This document shows, piece by piece, positions 51,782-62,212 of a stretch of DNA of 64,000 nucleotides. The stretch is taken from contig JBMFNR010000001.1 in NCBI GenBank assembly GCA_049970055.1, positions 32,001 to 96,000 of the forward strand, in the 5' to 3' direction. The position numbers were made by a program, and so were the translations under genes. The notes under the pieces were generated by a model. The model was given only the letters and a program-made list of their open reading frames with translations, searched no databases and was not told the origin of the DNA. The first letter of the stretch is position 1; the number at the start of each line of letters is the position of its first letter. The DNA is from Fervidobacterium sp. (GTDB lineage: Bacteria; Thermotogota; Thermotogae; Thermotogales; Fervidobacteriaceae).

Positions 51782-52894
51782 GTGAAAAGGTTGATGTTTG
51801 TATTATTTATTGCTTTAAGTATCACTATTTTTGCCAACATCAAGATCGGTGTTTTGCTCCCACTTACCGGTGGAATTTCCGCTTTTGGCGACTGGACGAA
51901 GAAAGGTGTAGAACTTGCGCACAGTCAGAAAAACACCGTTCTCGGTGAAAAGATAGTGCTTGTTTACGCTGACACCAGAAGCGAAAAGACGGAAGCAGCA
52001 AATGCAATGGCAAGATTAATTGATAAGGAAAAAGTTGTCGCTGTTATTGGTGAGATTGCAAGTAGTAATTCAATAGCAGCTGGCGAAATTGCGGAAAGTA
52101 GAAAAATTCCACAAGTGGCAGTAACTTCAACTAATCCTTTGGTAACACAAGGAAAAAAATTTGTTTCAAGAGTATGTTTTATAGATCCACTACAAGGTAC
52201 GGCTCTCGCAGAATTCGCTGGCGGAGTTTTGAAAGCAAAAAAAGTAACTATCTTTGTTGATATTGAGCAAGATTACAGTGTGGGTTTGACAAATTATTTT
52301 GTTGAAAGATTCGAAAAGAAATATAAAGGGCAGGTTTCAAAAGTGCAGTATAAATCAGGTGACCAAGAATTTAGTGCACAGATTGGTCAAGCGATGTCTT
52401 TTGGAAGTGACGTGATAATGTTTACTGGATACTACAATGAGATAGCTTTAGCAGCTCAACAGGCCAGAGCCATGGGGTACAAAGGTTACTTTATTGCGGG
52501 TGATGGTGCAGATGCGCCAGAGTTAATCAAAATAGGTGGTCAAGCTGTTGAAGGATTATATTTCACAACACATTATGTTCCTGAAGCGGCAAAGACAAAG
52601 CTAGCTAAAGATTTTGTTGATGCATTTAAAAAAGTTTACGGAACGCTTCCTGCAATGAATGCAGCTCTTGGCTACGATGCTTACATGCTTATAGTGGATG
52701 CTATTGAAAGGTCAAAATCAAAAGATCCTGTAAAAATTAACCAGGCTATTAGGGCAACAAAAGGGTTCCAAGGTGTGAGTGGTACTATAGACATTGACGA
52801 AAATGGGAACGCAATAAAGGATGTTATAATAGTTCAAGTGAAGGGTGGGAAGTTCACGTTTGTTCAAAGTATTGAGCCAAAAGATTTGAAATAG
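51782..52894 (+). CDS. livK: Branched-chain amino acid ABC substrate-binding protein (paralog 2)
   Basis: Close paralog of 50587..51696; shared block TNPLVTQGKKFVSRVCFIDPLQGTALAEF. Confidence 0.88.
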   Translation: MKRLMFVLFIALSITIFANIKIGVLLPLTGGISAFGDWTKKGVELAHSQKNTVLGEKIVLVYADTRSEKTEAANAMARLIDKEKVVAVIGEIASSNSIAAGEIAESRKIPQVAVTSTNPLVTQGKKFVSRVCFIDPLQGTALAEFAGGVLKAKKVTIFVDIEQDYSVGLTNYFVERFEKKYKGQVSKVQYKSGDQEFSAQIGQAMSFGSDVIMFTGYYNEIALAAQQARAMGYKGYFIAGDGADAPELIKIGGQAVEGLYFTTHYVPEAAKTKLAKDFVDAFKKVYGTLPAMNAALGYDAYMLIVDAIERSKSKDPVKINQAIRATKGFQGVSGTIDIDENGNAIKDVIIVQVKGGKFTFVQSIEPKDLK

Positions 52895-52904
52895 TTTAAT
52901 TTAA

Positions 52905-52940
52905 GATAGGTGACAACCGACTTTTTGGTTATCACCTATC
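52905..52940 (+). other. Intergenic stem-loop before livH
   Basis: GATAGGTGACAACC...GGTTATCACCTATC. Confidence 0.6.
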
Positions 52941-52969
52941 GTTAATGTCTACGGTGGGAGGGATAACAA

Positions 52970-53881
52970 TTGAGCTTTAATCTAACAATGCTAATTCAAA
53001 ATTTCCTCAATGGTCTGATGGTTGGAGGACTTTACGCCTTAATAGCAGTAGGGTATACTATGGTTTATGGCATTTTGAGGTTAATTAACTTTGCGTTCGG
53101 CGACATTATGGTTATGGGAATTTATTTTGCATTTTATGGTGCTACATTGATAAGATTAAGCTTTCCTTTGGCAGTTGGTTTTTCGCTCTTAACAACAGCG
53201 ATCTTGGGTCTTTTAATTGACAGATTGGCTTACAAACCTCTTAGAAATGCTCCAAGGATATCCGCCTTGATAACGGCGATTGGAGTTTCTTTTTTCATCG
53301 AAAGTTTTGCGGTTGTAATTTTTGGTCCTAATTACAAAGCATTTTTGGAAGCTCTTCAAAACAAAACAATAGCATTTGAATCTTTTGTGATAAGTGGAGT
53401 GTACCTACCAAAGATTATATTTATCATACTCGGTATTACCGCAGCAGCGCTTGTTGTGCTTTTTTTAATAGTTTACAAAACAAAAATTGGTATGGCGATG
53501 CGAGCAATTTCAGCTGATATTCCGACAACATCTTTGATGGGAATAAATGTTGATAACGTTATTGGGTTTACATTTGCTATTAGTTCGGCTTTGGCAGCAC
53601 TTGCAGGGATTATGTGGGCTTTGAGATACCCAAGTTTTTATCCATACACTGGCTTTGTACCGGGTTTAAAAGCATTTATCGCTGCAGTTCTTGGTGGAAT
53701 AGGCTCTATAGGTGGTGCGGTTCTTGGTGGCATATTACTTGGTGTTCTTGAAATGATGATAATAACTTTCTTCCCAACGCTTATGCAATACAAGGATGCT
53801 TTCGCGTTTATAGTACTTATCGTTATACTTTTGATTAGACCCGCTGGACTTTTAGGCAAGCGTTCGATAGTTAAGGTTTGA
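52970..53881 (+). CDS. livH: Branched-chain amino acid ABC permease
   Basis: YALIAVGYTMVYG...INFA, G.AMRA, GLKAFIAAVLGGIG. Confidence 0.92.
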   Translation: MSFNLTMLIQNFLNGLMVGGLYALIAVGYTMVYGILRLINFAFGDIMVMGIYFAFYGATLIRLSFPLAVGFSLLTTAILGLLIDRLAYKPLRNAPRISALITAIGVSFFIESFAVVIFGPNYKAFLEALQNKTIAFESFVISGVYLPKIIFIILGITAAALVVLFLIVYKTKIGMAMRAISADIPTTSLMGINVDNVIGFTFAISSALAALAGIMWALRYPSFYPYTGFVPGLKAFIAAVLGGIGSIGGAVLGGILLGVLEMMIITFFPTLMQYKDAFAFIVLIVILLIRPAGLLGKRSIVKV

Positions 53882-53894
53882 TATGGGGTGTGAG

Positions 53895-54959
53895 ATGATG
53901 AAGAATAAGGTGAAAAGGGATATAGCGTTAACAATACTATTTTTGATTTTTTCTATCGTGCTTCTTGCACTTGCCGATGCCAAGTTTGATACGTATCAAA
54001 AGCAAATATTATCACTTATGGCGATATACGGAATAATGGCAGTTAGTTTGAATCTTGTTAACGGTATAACAGGCATTTTCTCTCTTGGACATGCAGGGTT
54101 TATTTTGCTAGGTGCCTACACATCGGCACTATTGACGATTCCAGCGGAACAGAAAGTAATGATATTTATCATCAAGCCTCCGAGTCCGTTAATTGCTAAT
54201 TTGCATACTGACTTTCTTACAGCTACAATTGTTGGTGGTTTAGTTGCAGCTTTTGGCGCGTTTATAATTGGATTTCCCGTCTTAAGGCTTTCAGGCGATT
54301 ACCTAGCAATTGCTTCTCTTGGCTTTTCGGAAGTACTCAGGATATTGGCACTCAATTTACAATCTATTACGAACGGTTCACTTGGTTTGAAGGGACTTCC
54401 AAATTATACAAACATTTGGTGGAGCTGGGGCTGGTTGTTTGTAACAATCTTGACCATAGTTAGTTTGGTAAAAAGTTCTTATGGTCGTGCACTTTTGGCT
54501 ATAAGGGATAATTCTATCGCTGCTGAAGCGATGGGGATAAATGTATTTAAACACACACTTTTATCTTTTGTTATTAGCGCGTTTTTTGCTGGAGTCAGTG
54601 GGGCTTTGTACGCTCATTGGCTCACTACGATTGATCCAAGAATTACCACATTTGGTCCCATCCTGACGTACTATGTGCTGATCATGGTTGTCCTCGGTGG
54701 TTTGGGAAGCATCAGCGGATCGGTTGTTGGTGCAATTATTTTTGCATTCCTCATGGAATGGCTTAGAGCGTTTGAGCAACCATTCACACTCTTTGGAAAA
54801 GATTTTCCAGCTATACAGGGTATGAGAATGCTTGTTTTATCTGTACTTTTTGTTGTCATAATGATAGTGTGGAAGAGAGGGCTATTTGGTAGAGCGGAAA
54901 TTACCTGGGATGGAATAATAAACCTTTTCAGAAAGCCACTGAGAGGTGGTAAAAAATGA
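53895..54959 (+). CDS. livM: Branched-chain amino acid ABC permease
   Basis: FSLGHAGF..LGAY, LRLSGDYLAI, GRALLAIRDN. Confidence 0.92.
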   Translation: MMKNKVKRDIALTILFLIFSIVLLALADAKFDTYQKQILSLMAIYGIMAVSLNLVNGITGIFSLGHAGFILLGAYTSALLTIPAEQKVMIFIIKPPSPLIANLHTDFLTATIVGGLVAAFGAFIIGFPVLRLSGDYLAIASLGFSEVLRILALNLQSITNGSLGLKGLPNYTNIWWSWGWLFVTILTIVSLVKSSYGRALLAIRDNSIAAEAMGINVFKHTLLSFVISAFFAGVSGALYAHWLTTIDPRITTFGPILTYYVLIMVVLGGLGSISGSVVGAIIFAFLMEWLRAFEQPFTLFGKDFPAIQGMRMLVLSVLFVVIMIVWKRGLFGRAEITWDGIINLFRKPLRGGKK

Positions 54960-55822
54960 CAGCTCATGGCAAAGGTGCAGAAAGAAATGTCCTTTTGAGA
55001 ATGGAACACGTTACAATGCAATTTGGAGGTCTAGTCGCCGTAGACGATTTTGATAACGTTGCTTACGAAGGCGAGATACTTGGGATAATTGGTCCGAACG
55101 GTGCGGGGAAAACAACAGCTTTCAACGTTATAACTGGGATATACTTCCCAACAAAAGGTAAAGTTATATTCGATGGAATAGATATAACACCTTACAAACC
55201 CCACCAGATTACACATTTAGGTATTGCAAGAACCTTTCAAAATATTAGGCTTTTTGACACACTCACAGTCTTAGATAATGTATTAATTGCGCAACACCAT
55301 CTTTTATCAGCAAAAGATGCAGATAATATTTTAGAAAGACACGGTAAGAAGAAAAAGATAAAAGGACATCTTTGGTTTTGGAGGGCTCTTCTCAAAGTCG
55401 GTTACAGGAAAGTCGAGCAAGAAATGAGAGAACATGCGATGGAGTTACTAAAAAAAGTAGAGCTTGACCATTTAGCGTACGAGATTGCTTCGTCGCTACC
55501 ATATGGTCAGCAAAGAAAGTTGGAGATTGCAAGAGCACTCGCAACTGAACCTAAATTATTGCTATTGGATGAACCAGCAGCTGGTATGAACCCAAAAGAA
55601 TCAGAAGAGCTTATGAATTTTATAAAATACATACGCGATGAGTTTGATTTGACAATCATTCTCATCGAACACGACATGAAGGTTGTTATGGGAGTATGTG
55701 AAAGGATAATCGTTATGGATTCGGGTAAAATTATCGCAGAAGGTACTCCCGAGCAGATAAGTAGAAATCCAAAAGTTATAGAGGCTTACCTTGGTAAGGA
55801 GTGGGAACATGCCGGTGCTTGA
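54956..55822 (+). CDS. livG: Branched-chain amino acid ABC ATPase
   Basis: GPNGAGKTT, RTFQNIRLF, LPYGQQR.LEIARA, DEPAAG. Confidence 0.93.
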   Translation: MTAHGKGAERNVLLRMEHVTMQFGGLVAVDDFDNVAYEGEILGIIGPNGAGKTTAFNVITGIYFPTKGKVIFDGIDITPYKPHQITHLGIARTFQNIRLFDTLTVLDNVLIAQHHLLSAKDADNILERHGKKKKIKGHLWFWRALLKVGYRKVEQEMREHAMELLKKVELDHLAYEIASSLPYGQQRKLEIARALATEPKLLLLDEPAAGMNPKESEELMNFIKYIRDEFDLTIILIEHDMKVVMGVCERIIVMDSGKIIAEGTPEQISRNPKVIEAYLGKEWEHAGA

Positions 55823-56519
55823 AGTAGATGGACTCCACGTATTTTATGGTGCGATTCATGCGATTAAAGGTATATCATTTAAAGTTGAAAAAGGGAAGAT
55901 AATAACACTCATCGGAGCAAACGGTGCTGGAAAAACAACAACACTTTCGACTGTTGCAGGATTGGTGAAAAGTAAGAGAGGAAGGATTGTTTTTGAAGAT
56001 AAAGAAATTCAAAATTTTCCACCCCACATTATTAATAAGATGGGAATTTCATTAGTTCCAGAAGGAAGGCGGATATTCCCCAATCTTACTGTGTTTGAAA
56101 ATTTAATGATGGGAGCGTACAATAGGAAAGACAAAGAAGGGATCAATCAAGACTTAGAATGGGTCTTCTCACTCTTTCCAAGACTTGCCGAACGAAAAAA
56201 TCAACTTGGTGGTACACTTTCGGGTGGGGAACAACAAATGCTCGCAATATCAAGAGCACTTATGAATCGTCCCAAGCTTCTCATGATGGATGAACCATCG
56301 CTTGGTTTAGCCCCCATATTAGTTGAAGAAGTCTTTGAGATCATCAAGAAACTTAATTCAGAAGGTATTACGATATTACTTGTTGAGCAAAATGCTGTCG
56401 GCGCTCTGAGCATATCACATTACGGATACGTACTTGAAACCGGAACGATAACATTGGAGGGACCTTCTCAAGAACTTTTGAAAAACGAAGAAGTTAAAAA
56501 AGCATACCTTGGTTTATAA
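55809..56519 (+). CDS. livF: Branched-chain amino acid ABC ATPase
   Basis: GANGAGKTT, VPEGRRIF, LSGGEQQM, DEPSLGLAP, VEQN. Confidence 0.93.
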   Translation: MPVLEVDGLHVFYGAIHAIKGISFKVEKGKIITLIGANGAGKTTTLSTVAGLVKSKRGRIVFEDKEIQNFPPHIINKMGISLVPEGRRIFPNLTVFENLMMGAYNRKDKEGINQDLEWVFSLFPRLAERKNQLGGTLSGGEQQMLAISRALMNRPKLLMMDEPSLGLAPILVEEVFEIIKKLNSEGITILLVEQNAVGALSISHYGYVLETGTITLEGPSQELLKNEEVKKAYLGL

Positions 56520-56522
56520 AAC

Positions 56523-56562
56523 AAAAAAGAAAGCAGGTTTTAAAAAAGCCTGCTTTCTTTTT
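56523..56562. terminator. Bidirectional terminator between livF and sdaAA
   Basis: AAAAAAGAAAGCAGG...CCTGCTTTCTTTTT. Confidence 0.85.
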
Positions 56563-56577
56563 GACATTCATTTATAG

Positions 56578-57453
56578 TTAATCATTGTTTTTCATCCAAT
56601 TTTCTTTGATCTTTTCAACTATCTTCTGGGCTGTTTTGGTTGCGGCAATTCCGCCGATACCAGTTTCTTTTAAACTCTCAGGCAATGCTTTTCCGACTAG
56701 GTACATCGCTTCGATTACTTCGTCGAACGGGATAACACTTTCTATACTCGCGAGTGCCATCTCACTACAAGCAATGGCTATGTTCACTGCTACACCATTT
56801 CGCTTTACACAAGGAACCTCTACAAAGCCACCAACAGGATCGCAAACGAGTCCCATAAGGGATTTAAAAGCTAATGCAGCTGCGTTTCCAACTTTAAGTG
56901 GATCATTTGAGAAATAATAAGTCAACAAAGCAGATGCCATAGCAGTTGCTGTACCGATTTCAGCTTGGCAACCACCAGCAGCACCCGAAAGTGTTGCCTT
57001 TTTCGCCACGATATTCCCGATTCCAGAAGCGACGATAAATGATTTGAGCAGATCTTCGTCATTTGCTTTGTAAATTTTTCTGAGCGCGTACAAAACACCC
57101 GGTACAACACCACAAGACCCTGCGGTAGGGCAAGCCACGATACGCCCCATTGAAGCGTTAGACTCTCCCATTGATAGAGCTACCGCCGTTGCTATATGGT
57201 TGAATTGACTCATCATTGTTGGTACGTACTGGGAGAATTTGTATCCGTTCTCTCCCGTCATTCCGGTAAGCGTTTGAAACCTCTTGCCAAAGTTTTTCTC
57301 GGATTCTTCAAGCATTACATCCATCAATTTTCTAAGATTTTCTTTCACCTTTTGTGGATCTCTACCCGTTTCTATCATGTCTTCTGCTAATATTATCTCA
57401 CTGAATTCCAGATTTGTTCCTTTCCAGATCTCCAAAAGCTCGGAATATTTCAT
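56578..57453 (-). CDS. sdaAA: L-serine dehydratase, Fe-S type, alpha subunit
   Basis: IVACPTAGSCGVVP, GGCQAEIG, GLVCDPV...VPCVKRN. Confidence 0.95.
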   Translation of the reverse strand: MKYSELLEIWKGTNLEFSEIILAEDMIETGRDPQKVKENLRKLMDVMLEESEKNFGKRFQTLTGMTGENGYKFSQYVPTMMSQFNHIATAVALSMGESNASMGRIVACPTAGSCGVVPGVLYALRKIYKANDEDLLKSFIVASGIGNIVAKKATLSGAAGGCQAEIGTATAMASALLTYYFSNDPLKVGNAAALAFKSLMGLVCDPVGGFVEVPCVKRNGVAVNIAIACSEMALASIESVIPFDEVIEAMYLVGKALPESLKETGIGGIAATKTAQKIVEKIKENWMKNND

Positions 57454-58112
57454 ATTCCTTCACCTTCTTCAATTTTGACATTGTACGTCTCAAGCACATT
57501 CGAAAGCTGGTTCAGACATTTAAGAACGCTATCATCAATGTTTTCATCAAGTTCTATAATTGTTAGAGCTACTCCTTGTAACGCATTTACTCTTCTAAGA
57601 TAAACATTCGCTATATTTTTCTTTATGCAATCTAAGATTTCTTTTAGTGCTCCAGGTTTATCTTTATTGACGATAACAAGTGCTGGGAAATCACCGGTAA
57701 GTGAGCATTCAACACCGTTGATTTTTGTTATTCTAATTGCTCCTCCGCCAATCGATGAGCCTTCAACTTCATTGTATGTTTTATCTTTCCAAGCTTTAAT
57801 TAGCACGGTATTTGGATGTACATCTCCAAGGTCATACTGTTCGAAGTAATATTGAATACCGTACATTCTGGCTATCTCATATGCATTTTTCACATCGAGA
57901 TTATCTGGTTTGATACCAAGAACCCCGGCAATTAGAGCTCTGTCCGTACCGTGTCCCTTGTACGTCAATGCGAAAGAACCATGTAGTACAAATATAACTT
58001 TTTCCGGGACTCCCATAAGTTTATAGACAAAGCGTGCGATTTTCAATGCACCAAGTGTGTGAGAACTCGAAGGTCCAATCATAACAGGTCCAGAAACTTC
58101 TAAAAGTCCCAT
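57450..58112 (-). CDS. sdaAB: L-serine dehydratase beta subunit
   Basis: GPVMIGPSSSHT, GSFA.T..GHGTD, HPNT, SIGGG; ACT-like C-terminus. Confidence 0.95.
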   Translation of the reverse strand: MGLLEVSGPVMIGPSSSHTLGALKIARFVYKLMGVPEKVIFVLHGSFALTYKGHGTDRALIAGVLGIKPDNLDVKNAYEIARMYGIQYYFEQYDLGDVHPNTVLIKAWKDKTYNEVEGSSIGGGAIRITKINGVECSLTGDFPALVIVNKDKPGALKEILDCIKKNIANVYLRRVNALQGVALTIIELDENIDDSVLKCLNQLSNVLETYNVKIEEGEGI

Positions 58113-58167
58113 TTAAGTTCCCCCTAATTTTCAAATTTGTTCACAAACACAATTATACCATCCAATT

Positions 58168-58197
58168 AAAAAAATAAAGCCCCCGAATGGGGGCTTT
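58168..58197 (-). terminator. Terminator after the second flagellin gene
   Basis: AAAGCCCCC/GGGGGCTTT stem with T run on the minus strand. Confidence 0.8.
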
Positions 58198-58207
58198 CGA
58201 AAATTAT

Positions 58208-59380
58208 TTATCCTCTGAGCAATTGAAGAACATTTTGTGGGAGACCATTTGCCTGTGCAAGCATCGACATGCCAGATTGCATCAAGATTTGTTGTTTTGT
58301 AAATGCCATCATCTCTTTTGCCATATCCGCATCTCTGATTCGGCTCTCTGCTGCTGTTAAATTTTCCGCAGCTACGCCAAGATTTGCTATTGTGTGCTCT
58401 AATCTGTTTTGGATAGCACCAAGTTGTGAACGCACCGAGCTTACTTTATGGATTGCCCCATCAATGACGCTTATAGCCCTTTCAGCGTCATTTTGTGTGG
58501 TCACCTTTAAAACTGACGTTAGAAGTCCCAAATTTTTAGAATCTACGGCATCAATACCTGCGACCATATTCGCACCTTCGTTGGCACCAATTTGGAAAAT
58601 AAGTTGGCTACCAGATGTGTTTAACCCTTCAACGCGAATAGCTCCAGCGTCGATGACAGTTTCTTCAGGCAATGCTCCACCAAATTGGCTGATATTAAAT
58701 CTTGTTGTGTTCCATGCTATTTTTATCCCACCGATAACGATGCTCCCAACTGCGTAGCTTGTTACAGCAGTCACAACACTTGCGTTTTTAACTTGGACAA
58801 TCCTTACATCTAAGTTACTTGTTGTCGCACCTTGAAATTGACCCACTTCAACGATGTAAGTGCCTTCAACCACACTTGCAGCGGAGCTCGCAATTGTTAC
58901 CTTGACATCAATGTTACCTTCTGAAACAACTTTTGCATCGGGATCCGCCCTAAAGCTTTCTAAGTTACCGTTGAGTAACTTTTTAGTGTTAAATTCAGTT
59001 GACCTGCTTATCCTATCAATTTCGTCTCTTAGTTGGTTGATTTCCGCTTGGAGGTTCCACCTATCAACATCTGTGTTTGTGTCTGTTGAAGCTTGTACAG
59101 CAAGCTCTCTCATACGCTGCAAAATAGCGTGGATTTCGTTGAGTGCACCTTCCGCCGTTTGAATCAAAGAAATAGCATCTTGAGCATTTTTAGATGCCAT
59201 TTCCAAGCCTTTGATTTGACCTCTCATTTTTTCACTGATTGCTAATCCCGCTGCATCATCACTTGCTCTGTTAATTCTTAAACCTGACGAGAGTCTTTCA
59301 AGACTTTTCTTCATGTCCGAATCAGTCAAAGTTATCTGCCTCCATGCGTTCAGAGCAGATAAGTTGTGGTTAATCCGCAT
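58208..59380 (-). CDS. fliC: Flagellin (paralog B)
   Basis: MRINHN, RLSSGLRIN.A.DDAAGL, QIGAN, ESRIRDADMA. Confidence 0.95.
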   Translation of the reverse strand: MRINHNLSALNAWRQITLTDSDMKKSLERLSSGLRINRASDDAAGLAISEKMRGQIKGLEMASKNAQDAISLIQTAEGALNEIHAILQRMRELAVQASTDTNTDVDRWNLQAEINQLRDEIDRISRSTEFNTKKLLNGNLESFRADPDAKVVSEGNIDVKVTIASSAASVVEGTYIVEVGQFQGATTSNLDVRIVQVKNASVVTAVTSYAVGSIVIGGIKIAWNTTRFNISQFGGALPEETVIDAGAIRVEGLNTSGSQLIFQIGANEGANMVAGIDAVDSKNLGLLTSVLKVTTQNDAERAISVIDGAIHKVSSVRSQLGAIQNRLEHTIANLGVAAENLTAAESRIRDADMAKEMMAFTKQQILMQSGMSMLAQANGLPQNVLQLLRG

Positions 59381-59418
59381 AACCTCACCTCCATAGTAAT
59401 GAAAGCATTAAAACATTC

Positions 59419-62046
59419 TTAGCGTTCGAAAATAACTGCTCTTAAATTTTTATTCAACACGATGTGTTTTACTTTGCTTGTATTCAACTTTTTCAGTGTG
59501 TTGTCAATATCTTTCCTTGTTCTAAATATTCTAAATAAAGGATAGTACCAAGCCATATCTTCAGGATCTTCAAAGTCTGGAACAAAGTAAAATAAAATGC
59601 CTTTTCTGTAATGTTTTAATAGACTTAGATCCTTCTCAACGTTCAGTAATTCAAAACTAATGATGTTCTGTGAGTTTTCTGTTATATCAATTCCAAGCTC
59701 ATGGCAAGCGCTTTTTGAAATTTTTACGTACTCTTCGTCATTCTCTAAGACACAAGCATCTGAAAATACAATTTCATTTAAAGTAGTTAAGAGATCAACT
59801 TTATTTACCGCGAACTTTTGCAGATTAAAATTTTTAAGTCGTTCTTTGTAAACCTTTAGCGCTTCACTTTTTGGGAATGGATAAGCATAATAATATTTGT
59901 TTTCCTCTGAGCGCTTCCATGCACGTACTGGAGAAATCACACCAAGGCCCGAATGCTTTTGAGAAATGTTCCGGACCCACACAATTTTGTCTCTTTGCTG
60001 GTCCACTTTTTCACTAGGGTAGAATCCGTCGTATTTATATATACCAAGCGTGATATCAGCCAGGTTGAAATTATTTTCACACGCCTCTATGTGTAAATTG
60101 TAAGCCTTCTCTAAGTCTTTTTCATCTTCAGATTTTTCAAAGAACTTTGCATACCTTAAGTAGTAGAAATAGAACTTATCTTTGTCTTCTATACTCTCCA
60201 GTAGTTTTTTTGATTTTTCTGGATCAACTTCGAATGAATACACCGCACTTACGTACTTTGAAAAATCACTATCTGAAATTAAGTAGAGTTTTCTCAACTC
60301 ATTAATGTCAAAGTTTTTTGGTAAATCTGTGAAAAATTCCTTCCCTTTGGTGTAAAATTCTTTGATTTCTTCAAATGCCCCGTCAATGTCAGTATCTAGC
60401 TTTGTTGTAAGATCCTCAAGCACCGGTTTAACAAACTGACTGAGTTCTGGAAGAGCTTCTACTGACTTTCTGTAGTAATCTATTGCCAATTTGAAGTTTC
60501 CCAACTTTAAGTACGAATCGGCAATGAGAGTTAATGATATCCCCTTTAAAACACCATCTTCAATTTTACGTATTTCATTTAGAATTTTTAATCTCTCAAC
60601 GACATCCCCTTTAAAGTTTTCAAAGTAGAAGATAAGACCACCAACACCATATCTTTTGACGCCATCGATCACATTATCACCCAGTATGTATTCCACCAAC
60701 GAATCCTTGTTGCTCGCGATTTTTTCAATGATAAATTCCTCAAACCTTGTTTTAGCATGTTTCTTATACAAGTCTAAATTTATCTTTCTACCACTTTTTA
60801 GATCTTTATCTATAAAATCTGCTATATTCAACTTGACTCCTATATTTGCACTTTCAGTGAGTAAGTTGTCAATTTCCTCAGAAATAGATAGGTAAGTTTT
60901 ATCATCGAGGCTAAGTATGTGCTCACTTAGTAATCTTAGAAGTTTCGCTAAGTCCTCACCGGTTTTAAGTGACTCTTTGGATATAAGATAGTAATTTTCT
61001 TTGAATTTTTCTATCAGACCTTTTTTCAGATATGCGATGTTTAAAATAGTCCTTGCGGTGGCCTTATATTTGATTGTTATTATCGTCCATCCGTATTTTT
61101 CTGGGTGCTCTTCAACGTTTCTTATCAATTCAAAAAATCTTTCACCATGTTCTATGACTTTCTCAAAATCCTTGCGACGTTCGTCGATACCAAGTAGTCC
61201 GTAATATGGATCCGGGTTGTAATCGTTTATGCGAAGAGTGTAGTTAAATATATTTTCAGCTAGATCGTATAGCCCTTTGTTCATCAAATCTAATCCATGA
61301 AGAAAAAAAACCTCGAATACGATAGAACTTGCCCTTTTTTCTTTTTCAATCAAAGAAAAGATTTCCTCAACGATAGGGTATTTGTTGTACCTGTATTCAT
61401 AGATAGACTCCGTTTTGTATAGTTGACAGAGATAGTATATTCTTTCCAAATTGCTCATTTTTTGTTCGTTTAACATCTTCACCAGTAAGTTCTTTGTTCT
61501 GTCGTATTTTTTAGATTTCAATTTTCTCGTCCAGATGTAGCCATAGTGGTATATCTTAAATGGGCCCTCAACGACTTTTCCTTTATATATAGGTTGATTG
61601 TGAACGATATTTTCATAGTGTACTGTTCCATTTCTAAAAATACGCGCAGTTGATGCAACTTCTGTTTTTTTCAAATCCCAATCAAGATAGCTTATCGTCG
61701 GTAAATAAACCGTGTTAACATCATCTGGAAGACTTTTAAGAAATTCTCTGATGTCTGCGAAATCTTCCTTAACTTCCTCATCTGCATCGTAAATAAGAAC
61801 CCATTCGCATGTTGAAAATTGCAAAGAATAGTTCCTTGCCTCGGAAAAATCATCTTTCCATTCGTGAAAGTATATTTTATCAGTGTACTTTTTAGCTACT
61901 TCGACACTCTTGTCTGTGGATCCTGTATCTACAACTATTATTTCGTCAACATAGTCTTTTATACTACCCAATGCTCTGTCTAAATTATGCTCTTCATTTT
62001 TCATTATCATGGCAATGCTCAGTAAGCATTTTGGGTTTTTATTCAC
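59419..62046 (-). CDS. GT2 plus TPR glycosyltransferase (probable flagellin glycosylation)
   Basis: SIAMIMKNEE, VDTGSTD, W.DDFSEARN, DADE, HYGY; long helical region; lies between two flagellin genes. Confidence 0.85.
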   Translation of the reverse strand: MNKNPKCLLSIAMIMKNEEHNLDRALGSIKDYVDEIIVVDTGSTDKSVEVAKKYTDKIYFHEWKDDFSEARNYSLQFSTCEWVLIYDADEEVKEDFADIREFLKSLPDDVNTVYLPTISYLDWDLKKTEVASTARIFRNGTVHYENIVHNQPIYKGKVVEGPFKIYHYGYIWTRKLKSKKYDRTKNLLVKMLNEQKMSNLERIYYLCQLYKTESIYEYRYNKYPIVEEIFSLIEKEKRASSIVFEVFFLHGLDLMNKGLYDLAENIFNYTLRINDYNPDPYYGLLGIDERRKDFEKVIEHGERFFELIRNVEEHPEKYGWTIITIKYKATARTILNIAYLKKGLIEKFKENYYLISKESLKTGEDLAKLLRLLSEHILSLDDKTYLSISEEIDNLLTESANIGVKLNIADFIDKDLKSGRKINLDLYKKHAKTRFEEFIIEKIASNKDSLVEYILGDNVIDGVKRYGVGGLIFYFENFKGDVVERLKILNEIRKIEDGVLKGISLTLIADSYLKLGNFKLAIDYYRKSVEALPELSQFVKPVLEDLTTKLDTDIDGAFEEIKEFYTKGKEFFTDLPKNFDINELRKLYLISDSDFSKYVSAVYSFEVDPEKSKKLLESIEDKDKFYFYYLRYAKFFEKSEDEKDLEKAYNLHIEACENNFNLADITLGIYKYDGFYPSEKVDQQRDKIVWVRNISQKHSGLGVISPVRAWKRSEENKYYYAYPFPKSEALKVYKERLKNFNLQKFAVNKVDLLTTLNEIVFSDACVLENDEEYVKISKSACHELGIDITENSQNIISFELLNVEKDLSLLKHYRKGILFYFVPDFEDPEDMAWYYPLFRIFRTRKDIDNTLKKLNTSKVKHIVLNKNLRAVIFER

Positions 62047-62150
62047 ACTTGTCCTCCCCTTTACGTTTCATTTGTTTGAAATTGCTTAGATTTTATCTCA
62101 ATATATTTTTCAATACATAACACAATTTATCCTAGAATAACAAAAAACGA

Positions 62151-62179
62151 AAAAACAAAGCGGGCATTTGCCCGCTTTG
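62151..62179 (-). terminator. Terminator after the first flagellin gene
   Basis: CAAAGCGGGCA-TT-TGCCCGCTTTG with T run on the minus strand. Confidence 0.8.
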
Positions 62180-62212
62180 GTTGAATATTTGTTGAACATT
62201 TACTATTTCTTA

